NCBI GenBank assembly: GCA_040755995.1
Contig: JBFMAF010000036.1
Span: 96,001-160,000 of the forward strand
Reading direction: 5' to 3'
DNA length: 64,000 nucleotides
Origin: Acidobacteriota bacterium
GTDB lineage: Bacteria > Acidobacteriota > CAIWXX01
How positions within the stretch are numbered: position 1 is the first letter of the stretch; each line of letters starts with the position of its first letter. The notes below the pieces were generated by a model that was given only the letters and a program-made list of their open reading frames with translations, was not told the DNA's origin and searched no databases. The translations under genes and the position numbers were made by a program. This document shows positions 21,128 to 31,471 of the stretch, one piece after another.

Positions 21128-21261
21128 CTCTGACCTCCTTGTCTCCAGGGCTCTCAGCCCTTCATCTTCCTAACGCGAGAAGGAGGCGCGGAGGCTATCA
21201 TCATTCGAGCTGTGTGAAAGCCGCACCGACCGGTGGTACGATAGAAGCGATGTGCTTGCTT

Positions 21262-21301
21262 CAGGCATTCCAGCGCCCTCGCCTGGTTCCCCAGCAGCAG
21301 A
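21262..21301. repeat. 40-bp copy of TPR gene segment 21461-21500
   Basis: 37/40 identical. Confidence 0.85.
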
Positions 21302-21370
21302 ACAACGGCATCCGGCTCGCGGAGATCCTCGCCGCAGCTGGTGCCGAGCCTTCAGCGGCAGCAGGACCCC

Positions 21371-22330
21371 TCACTGCTTCATCTGCTCCTTCAGCTGTTC
21401 GATCAGCGTCTCGAGAGCTTCGATCTTGGCCATATCCTGCGCGTAGTCCTGGGCTCGCTCCAGGCATTCCAGCGCCTTCGCCTGGTTTCCCAGCTGCAGA
21501 TGGCAGTAGGCGGTGGTCTCGTGGATTTCGGAGTCGTCCTTCTTGATCTCGATAGCGCGCTCCAGATAGGGGAGGGCATCCTCCGGCTTGTTCTCCGCGT
21601 AGAGCAGCACACCCATGTTGTACAGCGCAGCCAGATTCTGCGGCTCAAGCTCCAAGACCTTGCGATATGACTCCAGCGCCTTCGCGCGGTCATTGCTCTG
21701 CTGATGGCTCATCCCCAGTTGCAGGTGTGCCGCTGCGAAGTCGGGCTTTGCCGCTGTGACCTCCTCCAGCGCTGCGATGGCCGCATCGACCTCCTGCTTC
21801 TTGAGGTAGCAGATGCCGCTCAGGTAGAGCACGTCGGTATCTTCGGGCTTCTTGACGAGCAGGTCTTCCAACAGCTCCAAGGCTCCGTCGAAGTCGCTCA
21901 CGCGGATCTTCTCATTGGCCCTCTGGACGCCACGCTGCAACTCCTGGCTTAGCTCGATCTCCTTCTGCTGTGAATCCGTGAGCAACACGATCTCCGGCAG
22001 CTCCACCTTCCGCATCTTCTCCTGCGGCGTCTCGAAGTTCCATTCATCCGTCTTGGCCGCATACCCCTTCTTCTGGATCGTCGCTTCCAACACGCCATGA
22101 GGCAGGCCCACGAGCTCAAACTCGCCGCTCCCCTTGGTCTTCGCGGCGTAGGTACGGCCCGTGCCCTGGTCGCGGATCTTGATCTCGGCACCACCGACCG
22201 GCTGGCGGTCCTTGTCCACGACCTTGCCCATCACGTGGTACTCGCGGGACTGCGCGCCGGGCGTCGCAGCGATGAGCATCACCAGCGCGTGCGCAGCAAC
22301 AAGCGCGACTCTGTGAAGCTTCTCAGTCAT
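21371..22330 (-). CDS. Secreted carboxypeptidase-regulatory-like domain + TPR protein
   Basis: Signal peptide, GKVVDKDRQPVGGA..GEFELVGL, TPR repeats. Confidence 0.88.
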   Translation of the reverse strand: MTEKLHRVALVAAHALVMLIAATPGAQSREYHVMGKVVDKDRQPVGGAEIKIRDQGTGRTYAAKTKGSGEFELVGLPHGVLEATIQKKGYAAKTDEWNFETPQEKMRKVELPEIVLLTDSQQKEIELSQELQRGVQRANEKIRVSDFDGALELLEDLLVKKPEDTDVLYLSGICYLKKQEVDAAIAALEEVTAAKPDFAAAHLQLGMSHQQSNDRAKALESYRKVLELEPQNLAALYNMGVLLYAENKPEDALPYLERAIEIKKDDSEIHETTAYCHLQLGNQAKALECLERAQDYAQDMAKIEALETLIEQLKEQMKQ

Positions 22331-22342
22331 ATACTCTCACCG

Positions 22343-22377
22343 CCCCTTGCCCCTTTCGCCTTTCCCCTTTCCCCTCT
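22343..22377. repeat. Heptamer tandem repeat (CCCCTTT-like) x5
   Basis: ccccttg ccccttt cgccttt ccccttt cccctct. Confidence 0.75.
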
Positions 22378-24908
22378 CATTCCCGCCCGCCGAGCAGCTC
22401 GATCTCCTTCAGATAGAAGCGATTCACCCAGTAGATCGGGTTGTAAGGGACGACGGGTCGGGCGACGGCCTCCCTGTCACCGAGGTAAGCAAGCGTTGCA
22501 GCGGCCAGATAGCGCGAGAAGGTGTCGAGCTGATCCGGGTTGAGATTCTTGATTTCACGTCGCGTCGCGTCATCACCGCGTCCCGCCAGCGCAGTGAAGT
22601 ACAGCTTGTAGACCTTCAGGGCGGGACTGCGGAAGGCGTTGTAATAGGTCTCGCAGTGACGGAGTCCCTCCCACGCTACCCTTCGTCTCTCCTCTTCGTC
22701 CCCTCGAAGCCCATGCGTGAGGCACAAGAGCCAGTAGGATTCCATCGAGTACGGGTTGTTCTTCAGCCAGATCTCGAGGTGCTCCGCACACGCGTCGTAC
22801 TCGCCGGCCGCGAACTCGGCCTCGGCGCAAGCCAGCGCCACCAGCTTGTGGCCTGTCTTCTGATAGGACGAGCGGAAGAGCTCGACGGCTCCGGCCACGT
22901 CGTCTCTCCCGAGCCTCCACCACCCCTCCGAGATGTCCCGGATGATTTGGGATGCGTACGCTGCCTGTAGGTCGTGATACGCGGCCTCGACGGCAGGGCG
23001 ATCCCCCAGCATGCAATTGAAAACGATCAGATTCTCAATCGGCACCGGGTCGAACGGATTGAGGTCTCGGGCCTGGCCGACCGCGCGCAGCGCCTCCTGC
23101 GTCCGGCCCCGTGCCAGTTCGGTCCACGCGAGCAGCGTATAGTGCCGGTGCTGACCCGGGTTCAGCCGGATCGATTCGAGAAGCCGTCGCTCCGCCTGCT
23201 CGATGTCATATGTGTAGATCGAGTACGATGCCAGGCCGACAAGAAGGCCGGGCGGGCCGGGGTCGATCTCGAGCCCCTTCAAGAAGTAGTCGCGTCCCTG
23301 CCGAAGGTTCTCGATCCCGTAGTCCAGTCCGATGTTCCGATGCTGGATGTAGGCGAATCCAAGCCGCTCGTAGGCGGGGGCGAAGCGCGGAGCCAGCTCG
23401 ACACAGCGCCGCAGCTCCCGGATCGCGTCGGGCAGCTGGTTCGGCTCGTACGTCCTCAACAGCAGATCACCACGGGTGTAGCACTCGAATGCCTCCTTGC
23501 CGGGGAACTCGAACTTCTCCGCTGCGACATACACTCCGGTCACGAACGCCACGGCTGACGAGATTCTTGCCACGATGGAGTAGACGTCCGAGACCCGTCC
23601 GCCCAGGGTCTCAGACCATACGATCGTCGAGTCCCTCTGATCGAGGATCTTCGCGGATGCCTTGAGGTCCTCGCCGCCGAGCAGAAGGTTGCCGTCGATC
23701 ACATATTGGACCGATTGCCTGCGCAGGACATTCTCTGCGCTGTCGCGCTCCGGGCCCTCGGTCACGTACAAGATCCGCAAGTCAGGCGACTTGCAGAGCG
23801 TCGCGATCACCTCTCCCGTGATGAGCTCGGCCAGATATCGGCTCCTCTCGTCCGCGCCGCCCTTGATCGAGGCGACGAAGATCGTCGTCCTTCCTGGCCG
23901 CATCTGGGCGCTTCGAGTGGTCCGATACCAGCGCCACAACAGGCCGGTTCCGGCGATCGCCACAACCACAGCGGCGAGTGCGACGGCGAGCTTGGACGCC
24001 CTCGACAAGGTCAGCCGCGGTGGACGATGCTGAGGCAGGCTGACGGTGGACCGTTCGGCTGCGCCGGCCTCGCGCAGGCGTTCCAGATCGGCGCGGAGCT
24101 CCGCGGCCGACTGGTATCGCCGCCCGGCGTCCTTCTCGAGCAGCCTCGACACGACGTACTCCAGGTTGCCGGGGAGGCCGAGCGCTGCGAGGCTCGGGCG
24201 CGGCGGATCGCTGACGATCGACAGGAGGGTCGCCGCGGTCGAGTCTCGAACGAAAGGGTGCTTTCCCGACAGGAGCTCGAAGAGGATTACGCCGATGGAG
24301 AAGAGGTCGCTCCGCTCATCGAGCGGCTCGCCCCGAGCCTGTTCCGGCGAGAGATACGACACCGTGCCCAGCACCTGTCCGGTGGCGGTGAGGTCGTCGG
24401 CGACGCCCAGGCGGTCGCGCGTGGCGTCCTTGATCACCTTCGCGAGGCCGAAGTCGAGCAGCTTCACACGCCCCTCGGTGGTGACCATGACGTTGGCAGG
24501 CTTCAGGTCTCTGTGGATGATGCCCTTGCCGTGAGCGTACTCCACCGCATCTATCACCTGCCGAACCAGCTCCAAACGCTGGTCTATTGCGACCTTGTGG
24601 GCGAGTGAATACGTGGCGAGATCCTGCCCCTCGACGAATTCCATCACGAGGTAGGGGACATCCTGGAACCTCCCACTGCGAAAGATCGTGGCGATTGACG
24701 GATGGCTGAGCGAAGAGAGCGTTCGGGCCTCGATCTGGAACCGCTTCGCCGAATGCTCGTCCTTCATCGTGCCCCCTGAAAGGAACTTTATGGCGACGAC
24801 GCGCTGGAGCTCCAGGTCCAGAGCTTTGTACACGGTGCTCTGACCGCCTCTTCCGATCAGTTCCAGTATCCGGTATTCGGATACCTCGGTTCCAGGTTGG
24901 AGTTCCAT
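22377..24908 (-). CDS. Membrane Ser/Thr kinase with TolB-N-like and TPR domains
   Basis: GRGGQSTVY, HRDLKPAN, DFG, SPEQ; TM; TPR-rich C-terminus. Confidence 0.92.
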   Translation of the reverse strand: MELQPGTEVSEYRILELIGRGGQSTVYKALDLELQRVVAIKFLSGGTMKDEHSAKRFQIEARTLSSLSHPSIATIFRSGRFQDVPYLVMEFVEGQDLATYSLAHKVAIDQRLELVRQVIDAVEYAHGKGIIHRDLKPANVMVTTEGRVKLLDFGLAKVIKDATRDRLGVADDLTATGQVLGTVSYLSPEQARGEPLDERSDLFSIGVILFELLSGKHPFVRDSTAATLLSIVSDPPRPSLAALGLPGNLEYVVSRLLEKDAGRRYQSAAELRADLERLREAGAAERSTVSLPQHRPPRLTLSRASKLAVALAAVVVAIAGTGLLWRWYRTTRSAQMRPGRTTIFVASIKGGADERSRYLAELITGEVIATLCKSPDLRILYVTEGPERDSAENVLRRQSVQYVIDGNLLLGGEDLKASAKILDQRDSTIVWSETLGGRVSDVYSIVARISSAVAFVTGVYVAAEKFEFPGKEAFECYTRGDLLLRTYEPNQLPDAIRELRRCVELAPRFAPAYERLGFAYIQHRNIGLDYGIENLRQGRDYFLKGLEIDPGPPGLLVGLASYSIYTYDIEQAERRLLESIRLNPGQHRHYTLLAWTELARGRTQEALRAVGQARDLNPFDPVPIENLIVFNCMLGDRPAVEAAYHDLQAAYASQIIRDISEGWWRLGRDDVAGAVELFRSSYQKTGHKLVALACAEAEFAAGEYDACAEHLEIWLKNNPYSMESYWLLCLTHGLRGDEEERRRVAWEGLRHCETYYNAFRSPALKVYKLYFTALAGRGDDATRREIKNLNPDQLDTFSRYLAAATLAYLGDREAVARPVVPYNPIYWVNRFYLKEIELLGGRE

Positions 24909-25155
24909 TGACTGCTATTGTAGCCGCGCGGCCGGCAGAAGCAAGCATGGTGCGATTCTCCCAGAGTCGGCAGATCGGACTTGCCGCCTCGCGCACGAGT
25001 GATGACACATCAGAAGTCGGATGATGGGACAGAAGCGGCCCGCCAATACACCGCCTGGCGCGACGAGACGCGGCGCAGCCCGATGGATTCAATCTGCGCG
25101 GGAGTCGCCGCGTGATGCCGCGGCCGGTCGATCTATCTGCATCCCACTTGTGCCT

Positions 25156-25194
25156 CCATTCGTTCATTTCGTCCAGTCCGTTTGTCGTTTCGTC
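25156..25194 (+). promoter_or_regulatory. Putative LytTR-binding direct repeats
   Basis: ccattcgtt/ccgtttgtc 22 bp apart and catttcgtc/cgtttcgtc 21 bp apart, resembling AlgR sites CCGTT(C/T)GTC. Confidence 0.55.
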
Positions 25195-25256
25195 GGTATT
25201 CAGCGGTTGTTTGAGGAGAAGCGAACTATCTTCAACATGACGAAAGGAGATTGAAT

Positions 25257-25985
25257 ATGACCGAACTGATTCGGTTGGAAGGTATCAAGAAGCAGTACCT
25301 GCTCGGGCGCTCCGAAGTCACTGCGCTCAGGGACGTGAGCATCGAGTTCGGCCGCGGGGAGTTCACTGCGATTGCCGGACCATCCGGAAGCGGCAAGACG
25401 ACCCTGCTCAACATCATCGGTTGCATCGACAAACCGGACTCAGGCCGCGTGATCATCGAGGGCCATGACGTCACAGCCACGCCGCTTGCTGCGCTCGCCA
25501 GCCTCCGTCGGAGGCGGCTGGGGTTCATATTCCAAGGCTTCAATCTGATCGAGGTGCTGACGGCCCACGAGAATATCGAATATCCGCTCTGGCTGGCCGG
25601 GTGGCCCGCCGAGCGCCGCCGGGAGCGCGTGAACGAGCTCCTGATGCGAGTGCGGATCGAGAGCCACCGCGGCCACAGGCCGCGCGAGCTGTCCGGCGGC
25701 CAGCGGCAGCGCGTCGCGATCGCACGGGCGTTGGCCGGCGGCCCCATTGCGGTGCTGGCTGACGAGCCGACGGCGAATCTGGATTCGCAGACGAGCGAAG
25801 AGGTACTCTCGCTCATGCAGGAGCTCAACCTGGAGCAGGGCACGACCTTCATCTTCTCGACCCACGACCCGCGGATCATCGGAAAGGCGAACCGCGTGGT
25901 GTGGTTGAAGGACGGTGCAATCGATGAGTCACTCGACATCTCGCCGATGCGGCGGCCGGCGCCGGCAGACTGCGTGACGGCGTAG
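25257..25985 (+). CDS. ABC transporter ATP-binding protein (LolD/MacB-like)
   Basis: GPSGSGKT, LSGGQRQRVAIARAL, LADEPTANLD. Confidence 0.95.
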   Translation: MTELIRLEGIKKQYLLGRSEVTALRDVSIEFGRGEFTAIAGPSGSGKTTLLNIIGCIDKPDSGRVIIEGHDVTATPLAALASLRRRRLGFIFQGFNLIEVLTAHENIEYPLWLAGWPAERRRERVNELLMRVRIESHRGHRPRELSGGQRQRVAIARALAGGPIAVLADEPTANLDSQTSEEVLSLMQELNLEQGTTFIFSTHDPRIIGKANRVVWLKDGAIDESLDISPMRRPAPADCVTA

Positions 25986-25994
25986 GAGGCTCCC

Positions 25995-27221
25995 GTGAAA
26001 CTCATGCATATCGCTTACAGAAATCTCTTCCGTAATCGCCGCAGGTCGCTCATCACAGCCTCGGTGATCGTCTTCGGAGCCGTCGCCCTGATTGTCTCCG
26101 GCGGGTTCTGCGAATCGATGTTCGTCGGGCTGCGCGAGGAGACAATTCGTACGGGCCTTGGCCACCTGCAGGTCTATCAGGCGCAATTCCTTGAGAAGGA
26201 CGAGGACAAGCCGCTTCAATACGGGCTGGACGATTGCGTGCGCGTGGCGGCGGCGATCGAAAAGACGCCCTATGTTCGCAAGACCACGGCGCAGATCGAC
26301 TTCATGGGCCTGCTGTCGAACGGCGATAAGTCGGTGGTATTTCTCGGCACGGGAGTGCAGCCGGACCGCGAGCAGGCCATGGGCTTCTCGCTCGACATCA
26401 CCAGCGGTAGCGATATTTCGACCGGAGTGGGCGAGGATGCCGAGGCCGTTCTGGCGATCGGCTTGGCGAAGTCTCTCAATGCGAAAGCGGGCGACAGTCT
26501 TACCCTTCTTACCACTACAACATCCGGTGCGCTCAACGGGCTGGACGTCAAAGTGGTGGGGATTTTCAGTACGCACATAGCCGAGTATGACTCGAAGGCG
26601 CTGCGCATCAATCTCCAATCCGCTCAAATACTGCTCGACACGACCAAAGTCTCCAAGCTGGTCGTCGGCCTGGATCGCACCGAGCACACCGACGCTGTAT
26701 CCGCGCAACTCGCGTCGCTGTTCGCCGAGCATCGGTGGCCGCTGGCGACAAGGAGATGGGTGGACCTGGCTACTTTCTATCGGCAGGTCGTCACTCTCTT
26801 TCGCGCCATATTCATCTTCCTGGGGATCATCATATTCGTGCTCGTGGTGCTCAGCAGCTCGAACACGATGATGATGGCCGTCATGGAGCGCGTGCGCGAG
26901 ATAGGTACACTGCTCGCGTTCGGCACGGCACGCCGCCAGGTAGTCACGATATTCGTGCTGGAAGGCCTGCTCATGGGGCTGCTCGCAGGCCTCCTCGGCC
27001 TCGGCGCCGGCTACCTTTCCATCCTCGGCATCAATGCCGCCGAGATCTACATGCCTGCGCCGCCGGGGAGCACCGACGGTTTCGCGATCGTCATTACGAA
27101 AGTGCCGGCGCTCTTCGCAGGCACACTGGCGCTCATGATGGTCACTCTGACCATGTCATCGATCGTGCCGGCGCTGCGCGCGTCGCGCCTGAAGATAGTA
27201 GATGCGCTGGGTCATTCCTAA
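25995..27221 (+). CDS. ABC transporter permease (LolC/E, FtsX family)
   Basis: RNRRRSLIT, ERVREIGTLLAFG, four TMs. Confidence 0.93.
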   Translation: MKLMHIAYRNLFRNRRRSLITASVIVFGAVALIVSGGFCESMFVGLREETIRTGLGHLQVYQAQFLEKDEDKPLQYGLDDCVRVAAAIEKTPYVRKTTAQIDFMGLLSNGDKSVVFLGTGVQPDREQAMGFSLDITSGSDISTGVGEDAEAVLAIGLAKSLNAKAGDSLTLLTTTTSGALNGLDVKVVGIFSTHIAEYDSKALRINLQSAQILLDTTKVSKLVVGLDRTEHTDAVSAQLASLFAEHRWPLATRRWVDLATFYRQVVTLFRAIFIFLGIIIFVLVVLSSSNTMMMAVMERVREIGTLLAFGTARRQVVTIFVLEGLLMGLLAGLLGLGAGYLSILGINAAEIYMPAPPGSTDGFAIVITKVPALFAGTLALMMVTLTMSSIVPALRASRLKIVDALGHS

Positions 27222-27246
27222 ATGCTAGGCACCAAGGAGGATTGTA

Positions 27247-27972
27247 ATGAAAGCTAAGTTGGCCGTTTGCGCGGTCTTGGCCGTGGCATCTTACACGGCC
27301 GCGGAGACAACACCCGATGCCAAGGCGATTCTGCATCGAGCCGATCAGGCGAGAGGCATCGGCGATATGTACCAGGTACAGACGAAGATCACGAATCACA
27401 AGGGGAGCGATTCAGAAGTTCATCTTTTCCAGGTGCTGGTCAAGGGAGCCGACAAGAGCCTCGTTCACTTCCTTGACCCTCGCGACAAAGGCCGATCGTT
27501 GCTGATGCTGCAGGACGACATGTGGATTTTCCTTCCGAACACGGACAGGCCCGTGCGGATCACGCCGCTCCAGCGCCTGGTCGGGAATGCTTCCAACGGC
27601 GATGTCGCGCGTACGAACTACGAGAACGACTATGCCTCGTCGCTGCTTCGCACCGAGGAAGTGGACGGGCACACGTGCTATGTGCTCGAGCTCCTCGCAG
27701 TGCGCAAAGGCGCCACGTATCAGAAGATCCACTATTGGGTGGGAGCCGAGGACGGGCTGCCGCACAAGGCTGATTTCTTCCTGGCATCGGGCAAGTGCTA
27801 CAAGACCGCCACATTCGACAGATACCAGCAGGTCGGCGGATCACAGGTATTGGCCAAGATGACGATCCGGGATCTCACCGGCTCGGATGAGTGGACCACG
27901 ATGGAGTACTCGGGTTATGCCGCGGGCAATTACCCTGACAAGCTCTTCAACAAGACTCAAATGGGGAAATAG
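27247..27972 (+). CDS. Outer-membrane lipoprotein-sorting protein (LolA-like)
   Basis: Signal peptide, DDMWIFLP..PVRI, TYQKIHYWV; operon context. Confidence 0.85.
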   Translation: MKAKLAVCAVLAVASYTAAETTPDAKAILHRADQARGIGDMYQVQTKITNHKGSDSEVHLFQVLVKGADKSLVHFLDPRDKGRSLLMLQDDMWIFLPNTDRPVRITPLQRLVGNASNGDVARTNYENDYASSLLRTEEVDGHTCYVLELLAVRKGATYQKIHYWVGAEDGLPHKADFFLASGKCYKTATFDRYQQVGGSQVLAKMTIRDLTGSDEWTTMEYSGYAAGNYPDKLFNKTQMGK

Positions 27973-27974
27973 CC

Positions 27975-29249
27975 ATGAAGAGCCTCTGGAGCGCGCCTTG
28001 GCTGGCTCTGTTGCTGCCTGCCGCCTCCGCTGTCGCAGCCGATGTGGACTTCCGCGCATTCCTGGAGGACGAGCCGCGCTACTCGTTCGTGAGCTCCACA
28101 TCGCCCTACCAGCCCGTGCTGGGGCTGATGGATCTGAGCGATGGATCCAATTTCGCGCAGATGCAGGTCCGGCTGGACGGTGTATTCGGACCGAAGTGGC
28201 GCGCCTCCGCTACCGGAGCCCTGGTCGATCTGTACGACGGCTCGCACTCCTCGCGGTTCCTGACGCGGGAGCTCTATGTGGATTGCTCGGCGACCGATGC
28301 CATCAATATCTTTGCGGGGCGCCGAATTCTCCGCTGGGGCGTGGGCTATGCCCTCAATCCCACCGGCGTAGTAGATCCCCACCGCAATCCGACGGACCCG
28401 GATGACCGGCTGAATCTCAACATCGGCCGCGATGTCATCGGGCTGGACCTGACACGCGGGTCACAGTCCTTCAATCTGGTCCTCAGCCAGCCCAATTTGA
28501 TTTCCGACGGGAGGGTCAGTGGGGAGGGTGCGCAAGCGGCGATGCGCTACAGTTTCCTTGTTCATGGCATCGACGCCGCGGTCATCGGCAGCTGGGTTTC
28601 GGGCCACCCTGACAGAGCGGGCTGCAATGCTACATTTGTAGTAGGACAGGGACTCGAGATCCATGCCGAATGGGCTCTGCAATGGGGCTCGGATGCGCTC
28701 GGCCTTCAGCCCGTTCCCGGCCCTTCAGGTGACGGGCCGCGAAGCCTTTTCGCCCGGCTCAGAACCGGCAGCGAACACCGCTTCCAGAGCTGTGTGGCCG
28801 GAATCAACTGGACCCACTCGAATGGCTGGAATTTCGTGGCTGAGTACTACCGCAACGGCGACGGGCTGACCGACGATGAATGGAATCGCTATGTGGGTTT
28901 CCTCGATCGCAACGAACGGATGGCCGGACAGGATGGGGCGTACGGGCCGCCCGAGATGAATCTCTTGTTGTCCGCGAAGGAAATGACAGGCGGCAACCTT
29001 CGCAGGAACTACGCCTTTTTGCGCATTTCCAAAGATCCTCTCGTCAGGGATTTCTCAGTCGACATGCTCTTCCTCGGCAGCCTCGACGGCAGCAGCGGCG
29101 GCGTCGGCGTGGTTGAAATCTATCGGCCCATCGGACGCTTCCTGACTGCTTCGTTCCGCGTCACTCAATGCTTCGGCCCTCCGGGCTCGGAATACCGCGT
29201 CCTGCCGGTCTCAGGCAGCGTCAGCCTGGGGCTGCGGGCCAACTTCTAA
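27975..29249 (+). CDS. Putative outer-membrane beta-barrel protein
   Basis: Signal peptide, RELYVD, GRRILRWG..NPT, C-terminal F. Confidence 0.75.
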   Translation: MKSLWSAPWLALLLPAASAVAADVDFRAFLEDEPRYSFVSSTSPYQPVLGLMDLSDGSNFAQMQVRLDGVFGPKWRASATGALVDLYDGSHSSRFLTRELYVDCSATDAINIFAGRRILRWGVGYALNPTGVVDPHRNPTDPDDRLNLNIGRDVIGLDLTRGSQSFNLVLSQPNLISDGRVSGEGAQAAMRYSFLVHGIDAAVIGSWVSGHPDRAGCNATFVVGQGLEIHAEWALQWGSDALGLQPVPGPSGDGPRSLFARLRTGSEHRFQSCVAGINWTHSNGWNFVAEYYRNGDGLTDDEWNRYVGFLDRNERMAGQDGAYGPPEMNLLLSAKEMTGGNLRRNYAFLRISKDPLVRDFSVDMLFLGSLDGSSGGVGVVEIYRPIGRFLTASFRVTQCFGPPGSEYRVLPVSGSVSLGLRANF

Positions 29250-29306
29250 GGTTGTTCCGGCTTCTTAGTGGGTGATCCCAAGATGTTGTGGTTGGCAGAG
29301 GCAACT

Positions 29307-29370
29307 GACGCGGAGACACGGAGACGCGGTGGCGCGGTGACTGAGCCACGGCCGGCCTCCGCGTCTCCGC
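29307..29370. repeat. Octamer tandem repeats (GACRCGGW x4) with inverted copy
   Basis: gacgcgga gacacgga gacgcggt ggcgcggt ... ccgcgtctccgc. Confidence 0.65.
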
Positions 29371-29441
29371 AGCGACTCCGACTTGGCGCAGCCTGGCCAT
29401 GCAGCGAAGGTGGATGCGAGGCGCAGCGCCATCGTACGCGC

Positions 29442-29465
29442 ACCACAACCCATAGTGGTCAGTCA
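29442..29465. repeat. 24-bp dispersed repeat, copy 2
   Basis: accacaacccatagtggtcagtca. Confidence 0.7.
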
Positions 29466-29537
29466 CTCTAACCCCGGAGGCGCCACTTTTGAGGTGATGA
29501 ACCACTGCGTGCGCTGTAGAATGAACCCGCGGCCAGG

Positions 29538-30707
29538 ATGCGAATGATGGCTATGATGAACGATCCGCCAATGGCAGTCGGTCCGACCAAGACGAGCTTC
29601 TTGGAAGACATGGGCCGGATGAGAGGTGGTCTTCCCAAGTTGGTCATGGTCCTGGCCATCAACACGACAATAGCAGTTTTTATTGCGCTCATTGTCATGA
29701 TGATTGCCCCGGATCTGCCGTGGAAGGTCGTTGCCCTGGGTTTTCTTCAATGCCTCGTCTATTCGAACTCAATTGGATTCCTGGTCGCCTATTCGCTGGG
29801 CGGGCTGTACTCCTGGCTCACATCCCTCCCGACCCTCGCGGGCGTGATGCTGCTCAACCTGCTCCTCATCGTCAGCGGCATTCTGGGAGATCAGCTGGGG
29901 CGGGCAATCTCGAACCTGTTCCTGCCGATGCAACTGCTTCCAGAGTGGATGCGCAAGGAAAACCGGCTGATCGATTACCTGGTGAGCGCCGCCATCTGCA
30001 TCCTTGTAGGCAACCTGGTCTATTTCTATCTGAATCTCCGAGCTCGATGGGAGCAATCGAAGGAGAGGCTCCGACAGCAGGAGTTGTTCCAGGAGCGGCT
30101 CTGGAAACTGAAGGCCGAGGCCGAGCTGTCGGCTCTGCAGGCGCGAATCCATCCGCACTTCCTGTTCAATACCCTCAACAGCATCGCCTCTCTTGTGCGA
30201 GAAAATCCGGAACTCGCGGAGAGCATCATCGAGAAGCTGGCAGGCCTCTTCCGCTACTCCCTCGCAAGCAGCCGTTCGCCTTCTGTCGCGCTGGAGAATG
30301 AGCTCGCATTCGTGAAAAGCTACCTGGAAATCGAGAAGATCCGGCTGGGGCGCCGGCTGCAGTTCGCTGTGACCGCGGACGATCTCAGCACGAAGGTGCG
30401 CATCCCAGGGCTGCTTCTGCAGCCGATTGTCGAAAACGCGGTTCAGCACGGCATCGCGCCGAAAGAGACCGGCGGCACAGTGAATGTGCATGCCGGGATC
30501 GAGGCGGAGCGGTGCGTCATTACGGTTATGGATGATGGGAGCGGGTTCGGGGGTACCGATCCGCCGGACGGCTATGCTTTGGAGAACATACGCGAGCGGC
30601 TGATGGCGGCCTTCGGGGCGGGCGCACAGCTCAAGGTCGATCGCACGCCAGACGGCTGGACGCGCGTGAGCATGAACCTGCCTTCGCGAGTGGAAGACGG
30701 AGAATGA
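29538..30707 (+). CDS. LytS/AlgZ-family histidine kinase
   Basis: ARIHPHFLFNTLNSI, LQPIVENAVQHG, four N-terminal TMs; start uncertain. Confidence 0.93.
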   Translation: MRMMAMMNDPPMAVGPTKTSFLEDMGRMRGGLPKLVMVLAINTTIAVFIALIVMMIAPDLPWKVVALGFLQCLVYSNSIGFLVAYSLGGLYSWLTSLPTLAGVMLLNLLLIVSGILGDQLGRAISNLFLPMQLLPEWMRKENRLIDYLVSAAICILVGNLVYFYLNLRARWEQSKERLRQQELFQERLWKLKAEAELSALQARIHPHFLFNTLNSIASLVRENPELAESIIEKLAGLFRYSLASSRSPSVALENELAFVKSYLEIEKIRLGRRLQFAVTADDLSTKVRIPGLLLQPIVENAVQHGIAPKETGGTVNVHAGIEAERCVITVMDDGSGFGGTDPPDGYALENIRERLMAAFGAGAQLKVDRTPDGWTRVSMNLPSRVEDGE

Positions 30708-31471
30708 GATACCGGGCTATCGTGGTGGATGACGAGGAGCTGGCTGTGAAGCGACTCGTCCGGCTGCTCGCCGAGATCGGCAATGTCGATGTGATTGAAA
30801 CGGCCATGAGCGGACCGGAAGCTGTACGGAAGATCGATGCTGAGAATCCCGACATCGTGCTGCTCGACATCCAGATGCCGGGCATGACGGGCTTCGATGT
30901 GCTGCGACGGATCAAGCGCCAGCCGCTGATCATCTTCGCCACGGCGTATGATGAGTATGCGCTGCGCGCTTTTGAAGAGAACTCGATCGACTATCTGCTG
31001 AAGCCGATCGAACGCGACAGGCTGGCCGCAGCCATGCAGAAGATCGACCGGCTGCGCTCTGGCAGCGGCGATTCGCGGCCCGGCCAGCTGCTGGCCATAG
31101 AGGAGATGCTGAAGCGGATCGAAAGCCGGCAGCAGCACAGGCGCACCAACATCTCGGTACGCGTCGGTAACAAGACTCTGGTGCTCGACATCGCGTCCAT
31201 TTCCGCCTTCGTCTCTGAGGACCGGCTGGTATTCGCATGGGTGGACGAGAAAGCGTACGCGGTGGATCTGACGCTGGACGAGATCGAATCGAGGCTCGCG
31301 GCCTGCCGCTTTCTCCGCATCCACAGGTCCGCTATCGTCAACCTGGACTTCGTCGGGGAGATCCACTCGTGGTTCGGCGGGAAATTGCGCATACGGCTGA
31401 AGCGAGGGAATCGCGAGCTCACCGTGAGCAGAGCGCGGGCACAGACACTGCGCGACGCGCTGTCGCTTTGA
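30704..31471 (+). CDS. LytTR-family response regulator
   Basis: VVDDE, LDIQMP, YLLKP, FLRIHRS. Confidence 0.95.
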   Translation: MRYRAIVVDDEELAVKRLVRLLAEIGNVDVIETAMSGPEAVRKIDAENPDIVLLDIQMPGMTGFDVLRRIKRQPLIIFATAYDEYALRAFEENSIDYLLKPIERDRLAAAMQKIDRLRSGSGDSRPGQLLAIEEMLKRIESRQQHRRTNISVRVGNKTLVLDIASISAFVSEDRLVFAWVDEKAYAVDLTLDEIESRLAACRFLRIHRSAIVNLDFVGEIHSWFGGKLRIRLKRGNRELTVSRARAQTLRDALSL

